Shown piece by piece: positions 25,950 through 39,242 of a DNA stretch of 64,000 nt. The notes below the pieces were generated by a model that did not search any database, was not told where the DNA came from, and saw nothing but the letters and a program-made list of their open reading frames with translations. This DNA comes from Octopus vulgaris. Lineage: Eukaryota. Where the stretch lies: contig OX597833.1 in assembly GCA_951406725.2 (NCBI GenBank), positions 44,516,001-44,580,000 on the forward strand. The letters are read 5' to 3'. The number at the start of each line of letters is the position of its first letter. The stretch's first letter is position 1. The translations under genes were made by a program, and so were the position numbers.

Positions 25950-26999
25950 GCACAGTGTCTAGCCTTGAAAACGCATATTTGGCGCGATGGGAACATATCG
26001 GAATTTTCTCAGCATGCTTGTTTACCAGGTTTTCATTACTCAGCAGGAGGCAAAGATTGCATGTGTTGGATAGAATATTGTGTAGGTGTGAATTTTTTGT
26101 TATTGACCGTTCCATCCTGCAGTCTCTGTATTAGGTCTGCGGGTGAAGTTGCGTGCCGTCTGTTTACCTTACGGAGTGATGAGATATGGCTGCGATAACG
26201 AACTTTAAATTGATTTTCTGAGATACCTATGTATCTGTATTTTTGTTGCAGTATGGTAATTGTGCATTTGTATATTATGTTTTGGGGTTTCTTTTTTTTT
26301 AAATATTAGTTCACGAGCAGAGGTGCAGTTATTTGTACTATTTTTATTTTTGTATTTATCTGGTACCTTTTTGTTTTTGTAATGTTCTGTTTGACTGTCG
26401 GTGACTAAAGCGTTCCTGATGTTGCATTCTTTTTTACTGATTCTGTTTTTTAGTTTTTGTTTTGATCTTATTGTAACTGTCGGGGACATTATCTAAGTTT
26501 TTGTGATTTTCGTTTTGTTCATTTTTGTTACTGGGCCTATATCCTGTGTTGTTTTGATCTGTATGTTCATTGTCTACAGACGTTGTTTGCATGTTTATTT
26601 TCCTATTGTTGCATTTATGTATGTAGTACTCAATGTTATTTGATGCTGCGTATGATATTTTCACTGTATGCTTGTTTAATATACAATGGTATCTCCAAAT
26701 TCAAACTTGAAAGTATATAATAATACTACCGATAGCACTAGGTAATTCTGAATGTGGATAAGCTTTATACTGTACTCTACAACATTCCTAACGGAATATA
26801 ACACGCCTATGTGTGTGGGGGGGTGTATATACATACCTATGTGTACGTATTGGTATGCGGATTATGTGTGAGACAGAGAAATATTAGGATGAAAAAATTA
26901 CGCAACAGCATAGGCAAGCAAAGGACGAATGAGACGAGGATAAGACTGGGTCATGGAAGTGAAGAAAATAATATATGACTGCTTTTAGTCTTGACTTAC

Positions 27000-27048
27000 A
27001 GGCCGTGGTGTAAGAAGTCATCATCAGTATTTTTATAACTAACAGCAT
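27000..27048 (-). CDS. IgSF gene 2 exon 1, leader exon
   Basis: MLLVIKILMMTSYTTA plus 1 nt, then gtaagt; 49 nt. L+V+C = 657 nt open (218 aa). Confidence 0.85.
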
Positions 27049-27785
27049 CGTTGGTATTAACAAACAAGTATAAGACAGATATTGAAATGACAGTTGGCTC
27101 CCAGCAACTAAAATATAACCAAGACATGTCCGACTCAGCTGAAAAGTCCACTAGATTTTTGCCAGTAAATCTACATGGTTTTGTTCTGTACGATGTGGAA
27201 GTTATGTACAAAGAAAATTACGAAATCGATGATAGAATGTGTATGAACGCAGGCAAACTAATATCGTTCGTACCATTAAAATCATATAAAACACGTGTTG
27301 CCACTACTCATCTAACATTACATATACTTGTGAAAAAAATTAAATGGCTTGAAGGAGCAAATGTGATGTTTTCTAAACGTTGACGATATTGGTGTCCAAG
27401 CAAGTAGATACTGTAATATTGTGAACAAACGAATAAAAAGCATTATTATTGAATAACATGTCGTTAATGTTTGCGTAATCAGTCGTCTGCTCTCAGCAGT
27501 GTTTAATTTAAGAAAATAGCACAAATAGAAAGTTAGAAAGTTCTGGAACTAGTTTCTTTCTTTTTCTGTTGGTTTTTATATTAAGTTTCTGTATGGAAAT
27601 AGTGTTTTACATCATATATAAAAAATAATCATCAGTTTAAACTTATTCTACAAAATGATGTATTTATGTTTGTCTATGAAAAGTATTTTTGATCATACAT
27701 ACATACATACATACATACATACATACATACACACACACATACATACATACATACATACATACATACATACATACATACACACACA

Positions 27786-27839
<54 letters not shown>

Positions 27840-28099
27840 GATTTCATCATAATTATAAACACTCTCTTTTTATATATTTATTCGTTAGCATGCTTGACCA
27901 CTGATATATTCATGAACAATTTTCTAATTGTTTATAGTATCTCCTTTTTAATGCATTTTTTACATTTTCTTCTTATATGTGTGTGTGCACGCGCGTACGT
28001 GTGTCTGTGCTTGTTTGTGTGTGTGTATGTGTGTGTATATGTGTGTATGTGTGTATGTGTGTGTGTCTGTGTATGTAAATTATATGATAAAGAATAAAA

Positions 28100-28975
28100 T
28101 CATTCATGATTTTATCAGGAGGTCAGCACAAAAATAAAAACTGGCAGAGAAAATGGGATGCTCCCTCGCTGCCATATAGAAGCATCTTCACTTGATGGGA
28201 GAGGTTCAGAAGTATGGACAATGGGTTCCGCATGCTTTAAGTGACAACAACAAAAATCTCCGCTGCTTTGTTTGCTCGTCACCGCTCAACTCATGGAGAC
28301 AAGCAACGATTTCTTTACCGAATCGTTACTGGCGACGAAAAATGGTGCCTGTACATCAATATGAAGCAGCGTAAGGAATGGCTTAGCTCCAGTAAACAAG
28401 CGACACCACGCGTGAAACAAGATCTTCATCCACGTAAAACGATGTTGTGCGTATGGTGGGACTGGGAAGAGATTATCCATTATGATTTGCTTGAACGGAA
28501 CCAAACGGTCAACGCGGAACTCTATGTTCAACAGATGGAAAGACTCAACACGGCTATTCAAGAGAAAAGACCTAATCGGCAGCATGGAAATTCTTCTGCT
28601 GCACGACAACGCCCGCCCTCATATCGCCAATATGACAAGGAAGCCATTCAAACGTATGGCTAGGTAGTGCTGCCACACACGCCGTACTCTCCTGATTTGG
28701 CACCAAAAGATTTCCAGGTCTTTCGATCTCTTTCAAATGCTATGTGCAGAGTTTCGTTCAAAACTGATGCAGAATTGAGAGCTTGGTTCTCAATTTTTCG
28801 AGCCGAAATCGGGTGATTTCTACCAACGAGGTATTGAAAATCTTGTTGAACGTTGGGAAGAAGTTGTAAACAACAAGGGTGTATACATTATTGATTAATT
28901 AGTTGCTATTTTTTATTAAACCTTTTTAACATTTAAATTTTAAAAATCGATGGGAACTTAGTTACCAACCCAATA
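28100..28975 (+). mobile_element. Mariner (Mos1-like) transposon, frameshifted transposase
   Basis: WVPHAL, RIVTGDEKW, LLHDNARPH and HTPYSPDLAPKDF spread over several frames; TIR-like ttaccaacccaata at the right end. Confidence 0.92.
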
Positions 28976-29122
28976 TATAATTATATATATATATATATAT
29001 ATACATACATACATACATACATACATACATACATACATACATACATACATACATACATACATACATCATCATCATCTGAATTAATATTGGTGTGATATTA
29101 TATACTTACTTTTGCACGCACC

Positions 29123-29195
<73 letters not shown>

Positions 29196-29196
29196 T

Positions 29197-29295
<99 letters not shown>

Positions 29296-29459
29296 TTTAT
29301 ATATATACACCCTCGCTTGACACCAATGCCAGTGTGTTTACGTCCCCGTAATATAACGGTTCGGCAAAAGAGACCGATAGAATAAGTATTAGGCTTACAA
29401 AGAATAAGTCTTGGGCTTGATTTGTTCAACTAAAGGCGCTGCTCCAGCATGGCCCATAG

Positions 29460-29722
29460 GCCTCCCCTTTGAGAAACACTGATTTCACCTAAATTTGAGA
29501 CACCAGCAAAAGAAGAAATAAAGATAGACTTTTTCCTATTCCAAAGAATGCTTTATCGATCGCATTCTCACCTGGAATCGATTTTTGTAATTTTTTCAAG
29601 ACTTATACACGCCCTGATACCGTCGGTATCTACATATCAAATTTGAGCGCAATCGGATGGATGATGCCCGAGATCCTAGAAGACACACACAGAGACAGAC
29701 AGAACGGATTTTATATAATAGA
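29460..29722 (-). mobile_element. Probable Helitron-like 5' fragment
   Basis: Minus strand begins TCtattatataaaatccgttctgtctgtctc, similar to the other Helitron 5' ends here. Confidence 0.5.
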
Positions 29723-29789
29723 TAGGACAGTTTTTCTCATTGGCCATCAACCAAATTGACTCACAAAGCATAGCCACTTATAATAAATA

Positions 29790-30185
29790 GGAAGATTGGT
29801 GGAACATCCCAGTGAAGACCTCAATAAAATGTAAACACAACAGACCTAATATAATGATTTGGGATAGAGAAGAGAAACTGTGCACAGTTGTGGAAATTAG
29901 CAGCCCAGCGGATGTTAGCATAAAGCTGAAGATCAGTAAATAAAAAATTGAATACCTACGCTGAACTATTGAGAACTCTACAGTTACCCTATCAAGATTA
30001 CAAGTTCGGGTTTATACCTGTAATTATCGGGGCCCTTGAATATGTAACACACTGCCCAAGTACAAATATTGAGAAATTAGGCTTCTTAAAACCAGCAAGG
30101 AGAAAGTTAATTCGAAGACTACAGATACAGTCCAACACTGGAGCTGTAAAAATCTGTGAAACTTTCCAGAAGTTCATCATTGAAA
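29790..30185 (+). mobile_element. RLE-type LINE 3' end, second family
   Basis: WWNIPVKTSIKCKHNRPNIMIWDREEKLCTVVEISSP...FIPVIIGAL...VKICETF. Confidence 0.8.
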
Positions 30186-30265
30186 TATATATGAGCATGT
30201 CTAGATATGCAACTATATGTATGACAATACATACATAATGCGAAATATACAAATTTACATATACA

Positions 30266-30304
<39 letters not shown>

Positions 30305-30308
<4 letters not shown>

Positions 30309-31216
30309 CATAAGGGACTAAAGCCATCTGAATATGGCTAGGGACAGGGCAGGGTGGTGAGGGTGTTACTGTTGCATTTAGCCCCAGGCGAACATCGACG
30401 TCACCAGAAAGGCCCGACACCGTCACGGTGTCCTTTAACCTGCAAAGGGAGGTAATTCCCCGATGAAGCGGAAACCACACACGGACCATGGTTTCAAGGT
30501 GTATTGCCTATCGTCGGCGTGTGGTAGGCTTCCGCTTCCTCAACGAATCCTCACTCTGCAGGATATTCATATATAGATTTTCAAGCAAAATACATTTGCT
30601 GATTTCGAAAATCTGTTCGAAAGCAATAATAATTCTCTAAAAGAGATATAGACAGTAACTGCTCGATAACATAAGGGACTAAAGCCATCTGAATATGGCT
30701 AGGGACAGGGCAGGGTGGTGGGGGTGTTACTGTTGCATTTAGCCCCAGGCAAACATCGACGTCACCAGAAAGGCCCGACACCGTCACGGTGTCCTTTAAC
30801 CTGCAAAGGGAGGTAATTCCCCGATCGAGCAGTTACTGTCTATATCTCTTTTAGAGAATTATTATTGCTTTCGAACAGATTTTCGAAATCAGCAAATGTA
30901 TTTTGCTTGAAAATCTATATATGAATATCCTGCAGAGTGAGGATTCGTCGAGGAAGCGGAAGCCTACCACACGCCGACGATAGGCAATACACCTTGAAAC
31001 CATGGTCCGTGTGTGGTTTCCGCTTCATCGGGGAATTACCTCCCTTTGCAGGTTAAAGGACACCGTGACGGTGTCGGGCCTTTCTGGTGACGTCGATGTT
31101 CGCCTGGGGCTAAATGCAACAGTAACACCCCCACCACCCTGCCCTGTCCCTAGCCATATTCAGATGGCTTTAGTCCCTTATGTTATCGAGCAGTTACTGT
31201 CTATATCTCTTTTAGA
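30305..31216. repeat. 361-bp unit arranged direct, partial direct, inverted (fold-back)
   Basis: 30305-30665; repeat 30666-30825; reverse complement 30826-31186; short continuation to 31216. Confidence 0.95.
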
Positions 31217-31221
31217 AATTA

Positions 31222-31279
<58 letters not shown>

Positions 31280-31281
<2 letters not shown>

Positions 31282-32250
31282 CGGGAAGCTTTATGAAAAT
31301 AGACAAAAGACGAAGGCAGGTGGAAAACAAACAAACAATTGTATTAGTATGCCGCTCAGGAAATATAAATAAAACAAGTCTTTAACGTTTCGAGCCTACG
31401 CTCTTCAACAGAAAGATACACAGAGAGAAAAAAACACAGAAAGAAGGAGAGAAAAAAATGCGTGCAGTAACTAACGAATCAACATGGCGATCTGATTTCG
31501 GCCAGAAGTCAAAGATCAAACATGAGACGCGAGAGCGAAATTAGGGGAGATAATAGGGTTGAGTGACCAGCTCCAACATAAGGGTGTGTGTGTATGAGAG
31601 AGTATTAGTGCGTATGAGAGGTCTGGACGTGTGTATGTATAGGGTTGGTGTATGTATTAGTATGTATTAGTATGTATATGTGTGTGTGTGTGTGTGTGTA
31701 TGAGAGAGTATTAGTGCGTATGAGAGGTCTGGACGTGTGTATGTATAGGGTTGGTGTATGTATTAGTATGTATTAGTATGTATTAGTATGTATTAGTATG
31801 TATTAGTTGGTGTATGTATTAGTATGGCACATCATATATGATGTGATGTGTAAAGTCGTGTGGTGTAGTGTGGAGAGAGAAGAGGGGGAGGGGGTGATAG
31901 AGGAGGGGAGGAGGAAGGGGAGGAGGAAGGGGAGGAGGAAGGAGGAAAGAGGGAGAGGGGGAGAGAGAAGGGGAGTGAGGGAGCAGAGGGAAGGGGAAGG
32001 AGGGAGGGAGAAAGAGGGAAGAAGGGAAGGGGAGTAGGGGTGAAAGGATGAAGGACTGAAGAAGTAGGGGTCGGGGGGAAAGGTAGGTGAGGAGGGGGAG
32101 AGGGGGGTTAGATGAGGAGGGGGGAGAGTTGAGATCCAAATGGCGTATAAGAGCGAAGAGAGAAGATTAATTCCTGTTCACGGCGCAAACGGGAATCCGG
32201 ATGGCCTCTGTGTAAGGACAAACCGAACACAGATAGGTGTTGCAAGGACC
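31280..32250 (-). mobile_element. Penelope-like (Neptune) element 3' end with pLTR
   Basis: LQHLSVFGLSLHRGHPDSRLRREQELIFSLRSYTPFG (GIY-YIG C-terminus), pyrimidine-rich spacer and a hammerhead-like motif at 31379-31416. Confidence 0.75.
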
Positions 32251-32546
32251 CTGTTGTTGATGTTAAAATTCCAATGAAGGAGCCTTGGGACTAGGTTAAA
32301 AACCGGCTCGTTCTCCATCATCAGGAAATCTTGAAGTAAAACTGAACTATTACATGCTTATATTTTCCTAACAACAAGGTCTGAAAGACGCACAATGTAA
32401 TTGCACACCTTTGATGCAAGTCTGAAGATATGCCTTTCTAATGTCTAAGATCACAACTATTACACGCTTTTTCTTTTAGAAATTTCACCTAAAGTGACGT
32501 TGCAAATTGAGATGGTACCGAAACGTTTGTAACTATGTACGCATTA

Positions 32547-33327
32547 TAGAAAATGATTTTAAACAGATGATCATTTTTCACATAATGTAAAACATTATTT
32601 CCATAGAGAAATTTAATATAAAAACCGACAATAAAATGAAAGAAACCACTTCCAGAACTTTCAAACGTTCTATTTGTGCTATTTTCTTAAATTAAACACT
32701 GCTAAGAGCAGACGACTGATTACGTAAACATTAACGACATGTTATTCAATAATAATGCTTTTTATTCGTTTGTTCACAATATTACAGTATCTACTTGCTT
32801 GGACACCAATATCGTCAACGTTTAGAAAATATCCCATTTGCTCCTTGAAGCCATTTAATTTTTTTCACAAGTATATGTAATGTTAGATGAGTAGTGGCAA
32901 CACGTGTTTTATATGATTTTACTAGTACGAACGATATTAGCTTGCCTACGTTCATACACATTCTATCATCGATTTCGTAATTTTCTTTGTACATAATTTC
33001 CACATCGTACACAGCAAAACCATGTAGATTTACTGGCAATGTCTAGTGGACTTTTCAGCTGAGCCGGACATGTCTTGGTTATATTTTAGTTGCTGGGAGC
33101 CAACTATCATTTCGACATCTGTCTTATACTTGTCTGTTAACATCAGCGATGCTGCTTTAAAAATACTGATGATGACTTCTTACACTTCAGTTTGTAAGTC
33201 AAGACTAAAAGCAGTCATATATTATTTTCTTCACTTCCACAACTCAATCTTATTCTCGCCTCATTCGTCCTTTGCTTACCTATGCTGTTGTGTAATTTTT
33301 TCCTATTATTTCGCTGTCTCACACATA
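32547..33327 (+). repeat. Inverted duplicate of the gene 2 promoter/leader region (26862-27652)
   Basis: Long reverse-complement match including the leader exon, its donor and the upstream block. Confidence 0.9.
33149..33193 (+). pseudogene. Broken leader exon of the IgSF family
   Basis: ATG CTG CTT TAA: 4 nt shorter than the intact leaders, giving a stop at codon 4; gtaagt donor retained. Confidence 0.75.
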
Positions 33328-33562
33328 CTCTTCCCTGTGTACACGTTACTGTAGATCAGTACACGCAGATACAAACATATATGTGTATAAATAGGTATGT
33401 GTAAGTACGTGCACATGTGTGTGTGTGCGTGTGTGTGCGTGTGTGTGTGTGTTCGTGTGTACATATATATTTTCTATTTTCCATTTTTTTCTATTTTCTA
33501 TTCTTTTCCTGTTTATAGCTGTGTTCCCTTCTGTCGAAGAGCGTAGGCTCGAAACGTAAAGG

Positions 33563-33877
33563 GGATCTTTTCCTTTTGAACGGCACTTTGTAACATAATT
33601 TCTAGGTAACTAAAAAGTTTTAAACTTCGTATACTTGTAGAATGTGTTTATAAAACATCATTTTCTCTTGGTTTTATTGAGAAAATTCTATAGATGTAAG
33701 ATATTTCGTCTTTAATTTCGAGTATTTCGGCAATTTTAACCAATCTCTGGAGTCCATTTAGGTAAATAACATTCTGTGCATAATGAATATGTCCCTCCTT
33801 TAAGAAACAGATTGGGTTTATTTACATTTGTGAAGAAAAAAGATGACCTTCCCCAACCCCTAACCCTAACCCTAACT
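33563..33877. mobile_element. Truncated copy of the GG-terminated MITE, ending in (CCCTAA)n
   Basis: ggatcttttcc.tttgaacggca left TIR; body matches 52125-52445. Confidence 0.75.
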
Positions 33878-34192
33878 AATTAGTATAGCTCAATAATAAA
33901 TTTTTAAGGGATGAAAGGTAATAACCTATAATTCTTTATTCATTTTTATTATTTTCTTCTCTCTCTCTATCTATTTTCACTCTTTACTCTATTTTATTCA
34001 TTTATTCATTTATTTATTTTAACTTATTCATTTTTATTTATAATTTTTATGTGCCCTAACATTGAGTAAATTATCTTAGAGGTCTTTTAACTATTTTCTA
34101 TATTTTTAATAAGTAAGTTATTGCCTGAATGTCTTTCACCTTAACTATACAATAATAACTATACACATTTGAATTAAACTCTACATACTATA

Positions 34193-34363
34193 GGCGCAGG
34201 AGTGGCTGTGTGGTAAGTAGCTTGCTAACCAACCACATGGTTCCGGGTTCAGTCCCACTGCGTGGAATCTTGGGTAAGTGTCTTCTGCTATAGCCCCGGG
34301 CCGACCAATGCCTTGTGAGTGGATTTGGTAGACGGAAACTGAAAGAATCCTGTCGTATATATG

Positions 34364-34415
<52 letters not shown>

Positions 34416-34632
34416 TTTGTTTGTGTGTGTGTGTTTGTCCCCCTAGCATTGCTTGACAACCGATGCTGGTGTGTTTATGTCTCTGTCACTTAACGGTTCG
34501 GCAAAAGAGACCGATAGAATAAGTACTGGGCTTACAAAGAATAAGTCCCGGGGTCGAGTGTTGCTCGACTAAAGGCGGTGCTCCAGCATGGCCGCAGTCA
34601 AATGACTGAAACAAGTAGAAGAGTAAAAGAGT
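34193..34632 (+). mobile_element. SINE family B, full length
   Basis: ggcgcaggagtggctgtgtggtaag head through the gagtaaaagag tail. Confidence 0.9.
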
Positions 34633-35909
34633 ATACTAAGTTTATATTGGTTTAATAAGAATAGATCTAATAGCACAATATGACATTTTTACCAATTATA
34701 TCTACTTTAGCTTTATTATACACTCCAGATGAATATGTTATCTTACAACTTCACTATACACAACCTTACTCCCCTTCTAAGAGCTCTACCAATTACATAC
34801 TATGTTTTGATACATAAATTTTTATCAGTTAACGGTTTGCAGCCATTTATTCAACATGAGGAAATTGAATACCTACTTTGTATACCTTTATCTACCACTG
34901 AAGTGATTCGACTTTCAAAATTTTTTTAATTTAATTAATTAATTTTCTGAGAGCCTGAATTGAAACAGCTGTAAGGGATGTTTGTCAACTTTTTTCTTAA
35001 TTACGTCTGTATTCTCTCAGCTTATTATGTATGTGTGTGGGGGGGCGTGTGTGTGTGTGTGTCACTACGCACATATGTAGTTATGTACACACCTCATTGC
35101 ATATCTGGCGCTTATTTCATCTTGAGCGTCGTGAATGATTTACGTATCCTGACAGTACATTTGTTGACATCCTGTGGCGGTAACCTAATTGGACGTGGTT
35201 TTGCTAGTTTTGTAAGACCTAGCTTCTCAAGTACGGAAGCTATTAGTCACGTAGCTAAGTGATCTGATAATTATTCAGCGAAATACTAAATTTTAGTCTT
35301 AATGGAGTATTTGCCGATTTCTCATCAGAAATTAACTAATTTCGGCTATTATGAATTGGTGGCGAAGTCTTGATTTTTTTTTTGTAACTCTCTCTGACTG
35401 TGTATTTCCTTCTTATCTTCTATCAAATTCCTTTTCTTTCTCAAAGGTTGAGAAAACACTTCTTTTTCTTTCTTACTCTTGTCGATTTCTCGAAGCACAC
35501 AGAGAGCGAGAATAAAAAAAGTGAATGAAAGAAGAAAGGCGAAAGAAAGAGAGAGATGGAACAATGTCACTACTTCCGGTATATTCTACCAATCAACTTT
35601 CTTCAAGCACATACAGAATTGGGAACAGATAGAATCAAATGGAAAGGGAGAGAAGGAGAGAGAAAGAAGTAGAAAGAAATAGAGAGATGGACAATCTCAG
35701 ATTCATTCACACTCCAAATTTCCTTCCCTTTGTTATTCGCGTTTATTTAAATTCCGTCTTTCTCATGTTTTCTTATTCTTTTGCAGTTTTAACCACAATT
35801 TTTACCTGACCCAAACATGTATTTTGCTTATATTTTAGTTGCTGGGAGCAGACGACAATTTCCCTGTCTACCTTATACTTCCCTGTTACCTTCTAAGATA
35901 TTGTTAGCT

Positions 35910-35946
35910 ATGATTATACTGACGATGACTTCGTACACGTCTGCCT
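35910..35946 (+). CDS. IgSF gene 3 exon 1, leader (alternative in-frame ATG at 35817)
   Basis: (ILLA)MIILTMTSYTSA plus 1 nt, then gtaagt, homologous to the gene 1/2 leaders. The family ATG position is ATA here. Confidence 0.7.
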
Positions 35947-36091
35947 GTAAGTTAAGATTAAAGAAATTAATATTTCCTTTTCAGCTCCAACACTCAATCT
36001 TCCTCTTCTAGATTTCATATGTTGGTTGCCATGCTTTCTGTAGTTTTGTCTCAAATATTTCTGTCCCACCCACACAAGCATATAGACACAT

Positions 36092-36155
<64 letters not shown>

Positions 36156-36882
36156 GAAGGGGATGTCCTTTCGGTGTATCTTACCCGCCATTTTTAAAGT
36201 AATACATTAATCACTTTGTCTGGAATACGGACATTTGCACTACTCAATCTAAATAAACCGAACTGTGAAAAAGAAGGGTAAGTGAGAAGAAGTGGTAATT
36301 GAAAGAATAAAAGGGGTAAAGAGAAAGAGAGAGAATTGGTCAGAAGATGTTAGAATGAGAGAAAAAGTGACAAAGTAATTTTTTAAAATATGACAAAAGG
36401 CAGGAGACAGGGACATAGATACAGAAAAAGAAGAGTTAGTGTTCAGAAAATAGAAATTGTATATGTGTACGAGTATCACAGTACCGACCAGGTACCAGAT
36501 GCTGTTATACACTGCTGGTCACAATGCGCTTGTAAATCTGTCTTCATTGCGCTATTCTTTTCCAACTTGGCCCATTCTTTACCATTTTTATCAAAATATT
36601 TAAAGCATAGTATTTTACAGCGACCGAAAAACTTTTTTAAGGAATTTCAATAAACTTTTAAACGGGTTTCTTTCTTTTTTGTTACGTCACTTTTCTTGTT
36701 AAATTGCATGTCTTGGAACTGACGTAAGTTGAAGTGTGAATGTACTTATAAATATTTGCATTGGAGAATGTCACAAATAGTCGTGTTGACAATATTTTAA
36801 CGGAATATCTCATACTTCATCCACTGGAGCATTTTACCTCATAGAACCCTCCCAGATCATTGATATGTCTAACACTAATTTC

Positions 36883-37491
36883 GGATCTTTTCGGTTTGAA
36901 CGGCAGTTTATTCTAGTGGTGTCATATGAAATCGTCACCCATAATTATAACCCTAGTATGGATCTATTGCATTTCAATATTTTTAGGGTTAAGGTAAGTT
37001 AGGGTTAGGGTTAGGGTTAGGGGTGGAGGGAAGGGTATCTTTTTTTCTTCACAAATGTACATAAACCCAATCTGTTTCTTAAAAGAATATATAATATGTA
37101 ACAGGGACATTTTCATATGACGCCGCCAGAAAATGTTACGGCAGATATCGCTTTCACCTCAATAGACGTCATTCATTGGTTGAAATTGCCGAAATCAAGA
37201 AATTAAACTACAAATATCTTACAAACTACAGAATTTTCTCACGAAAGCCAAGAGAGAAAGACATATTCATACGGCACAGAATGTTTTCACCTCAATAGAC
37301 GTCACAGATTGGTTGAAATTGCAGAAATTGAAGAAAAAAACAACAAATATCTTACAAAATATAGAATTTTCTCAATAAAGCCAAGAGAAAAAGATGTTTT
37401 ATAAACACATTCTACCAGTATACGAAGTTTAAAAGTGTTTAGTTACGTGGAAATTATTTTTTAAAAATTGCCGTTCAAACCGAAAAATTCC
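36883..37491. mobile_element. MITE with GG termini, 8-bp TSD (Merlin/hAT-like) and internal (TTAGGG)n
   Basis: TIR ggatcttttcggtttgaacggca / tgccgttcaaaccgaaaaattcc; perfect CTAATTTC on both sides. Confidence 0.85.
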
Positions 37492-37739
37492 CTAATTTCT
37501 TATAGTCGGCATGACATTTTATTTTCACCGCAATTAGTTCTTTTCTCTTTCATTTATCTTTTCTTAGTCATTTATCTATTCTACTTCCACTCCTCTTCCT
37601 TAGTTTTAATATTTTTGTTTCTTTCATTCATACTTCGATATAATTTTCGTTTCGGTTGCTTAAATTTTGTCTTCTTAGTCTGCTCTCTTGTATTTTTCTC
37701 ATTCAGCTTCAGTTTTATTCTTTTCTCTCAATGGTATAC

Positions 37740-38145
37740 TGGCAGAAACGTTAGTACGCCGGGCGAAATGCTTAGCGGTATTTCGTCTGCGTTACGTTGT
37801 GAGTTCAAATTCCGCCGAGGTCGACTTTGCCTTTCATCCTTTCGGGGGTTGATAAATTAAGTACCAGTTACGCACTGGGGTCGATGTAATCGACTTAATA
37901 CCTATGTCTGTCCTTGTTTGTCCCCTCTGTGTTTAGCTCCTTGTGGGTAATAAAGAAATAGGTATTTCGTCTGCGTTACGTTGTGAGTTCAAATTCCGCC
38001 GAGGTCGACTTTGCTTTTCATCCTTTCGGGGTCGATAAATTAAGTACCAATTACGCACTGGGGTCGATGTAATCGACTTAATACCTATGTCTGTCCTTGT
38101 TTGTCCCCTCTGTGTTTAGCCCCTTGTGGGTAATAAAGAAATAGG
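37740..38145 (+). mobile_element. SINE family A, two tandem units
   Basis: Family A match, repeated. Confidence 0.85.
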
Positions 38146-38179
38146 TATACTGACGTTTTATTGTTTGTGTATATATACA

Positions 38180-38585
38180 GGCGCAGGAGTGGCTGTGTGG
38201 TAAGTAGCTTGTTTACCGACCACATGGTTCCGGGTTCAGTCCCACTGTGTGGCACCTTGGGCGAGTGTCTTCTACTATAGCCTCGGGCCGACCAAAGCCT
38301 TGTGAGTGGATTTGGTAGACGGAAACTGAAAGAAGCCTGTCGTATATATATGTATGTACGTGTATGTGTTTGTGTGTCTGTGTTTGTCCCTATAGCATTG
38401 CGTGACAACCGATGCTGGTGTGTTTATGTCCCCGTCACTTAGCGGTTCGGCAAAAGAGACCGATAGAATAAGTACTAGGCTTACAAAAGAATAAGTCCCG
38501 GGGTCGAGTTGCTCGATTAAAGGCGGTGCTCCAGCATGGCCGCAGTCAAATGACTGAAACAAGTAAAAGAGTAAAAGAGTAAGAG
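38180..38585 (+). mobile_element. SINE family B
   Basis: Full-length match. Confidence 0.9.
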
Positions 38586-39242
38586 TATATAATGATTTTG
38601 TTTTTCTTCTCTTCTATTCACTGTTGTTCTTCTCATTTATCTTTCGTTGTATGCTTTCTTCTTGTTTGTTTTCTAAATTTCCTCTTTAATTTCGTTCGTA
38701 CTATCTCCTTCATTTCATTTGCCTTATATTTGATCTTCCACAGACCCTGTATTTGTCGTATGTCTTCTGCTATAATTTAGCGTGATGCCTGCTCACTGTT
38801 GTCTCCTCCTTTACAATATTCTATCTCTTCGTTTGGCTTGTGCCATCAGTCACTCTTTCATTATCTTTTTCAATGTGAAAGCACATAACCTAGCAGTAGG
38901 CATGTCGCACTCACGATCGCTAGATTGTGGTACCGGTTCCTGGACTTGGTAGTGCGTTGTGTTCTTGACCAAAACACGTTATCTAACTTCAACGTGGTAC
39001 ACCGTACTCCTGTTCAGGTAATGCCGATTTGATGGAAAGAATGTAGTAGTGTGCAGCACATACGTTTGACCACTATAAAGAAATCATTTGTACAGGTTGT
39101 TTAGCAAGAAATTGCAGAAACATCTTTCTCGGGACACGAGAGACTACCATCATTCATTCACTCATTCACGTTCTTCAAATCAATTGCTCTCCATAATATT
39201 GTCTTCTTATTCTTCTTCTCCATTGATTTATAGCAATTATAT

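Noticed and set aside
27051-27383. 110-aa ORF antisense to the gene 2 promoter, partly repeated at 32815-33039
   Set aside because: Its persistence is explained by the recent inverted duplication; it is disrupted in the gene 1 paralogue and has no recognisable domain.
36985-37025. Chromosome end or telomere fusion site
   Set aside because: Only a few TTAGGG units, internal to a MITE with an intact TSD.
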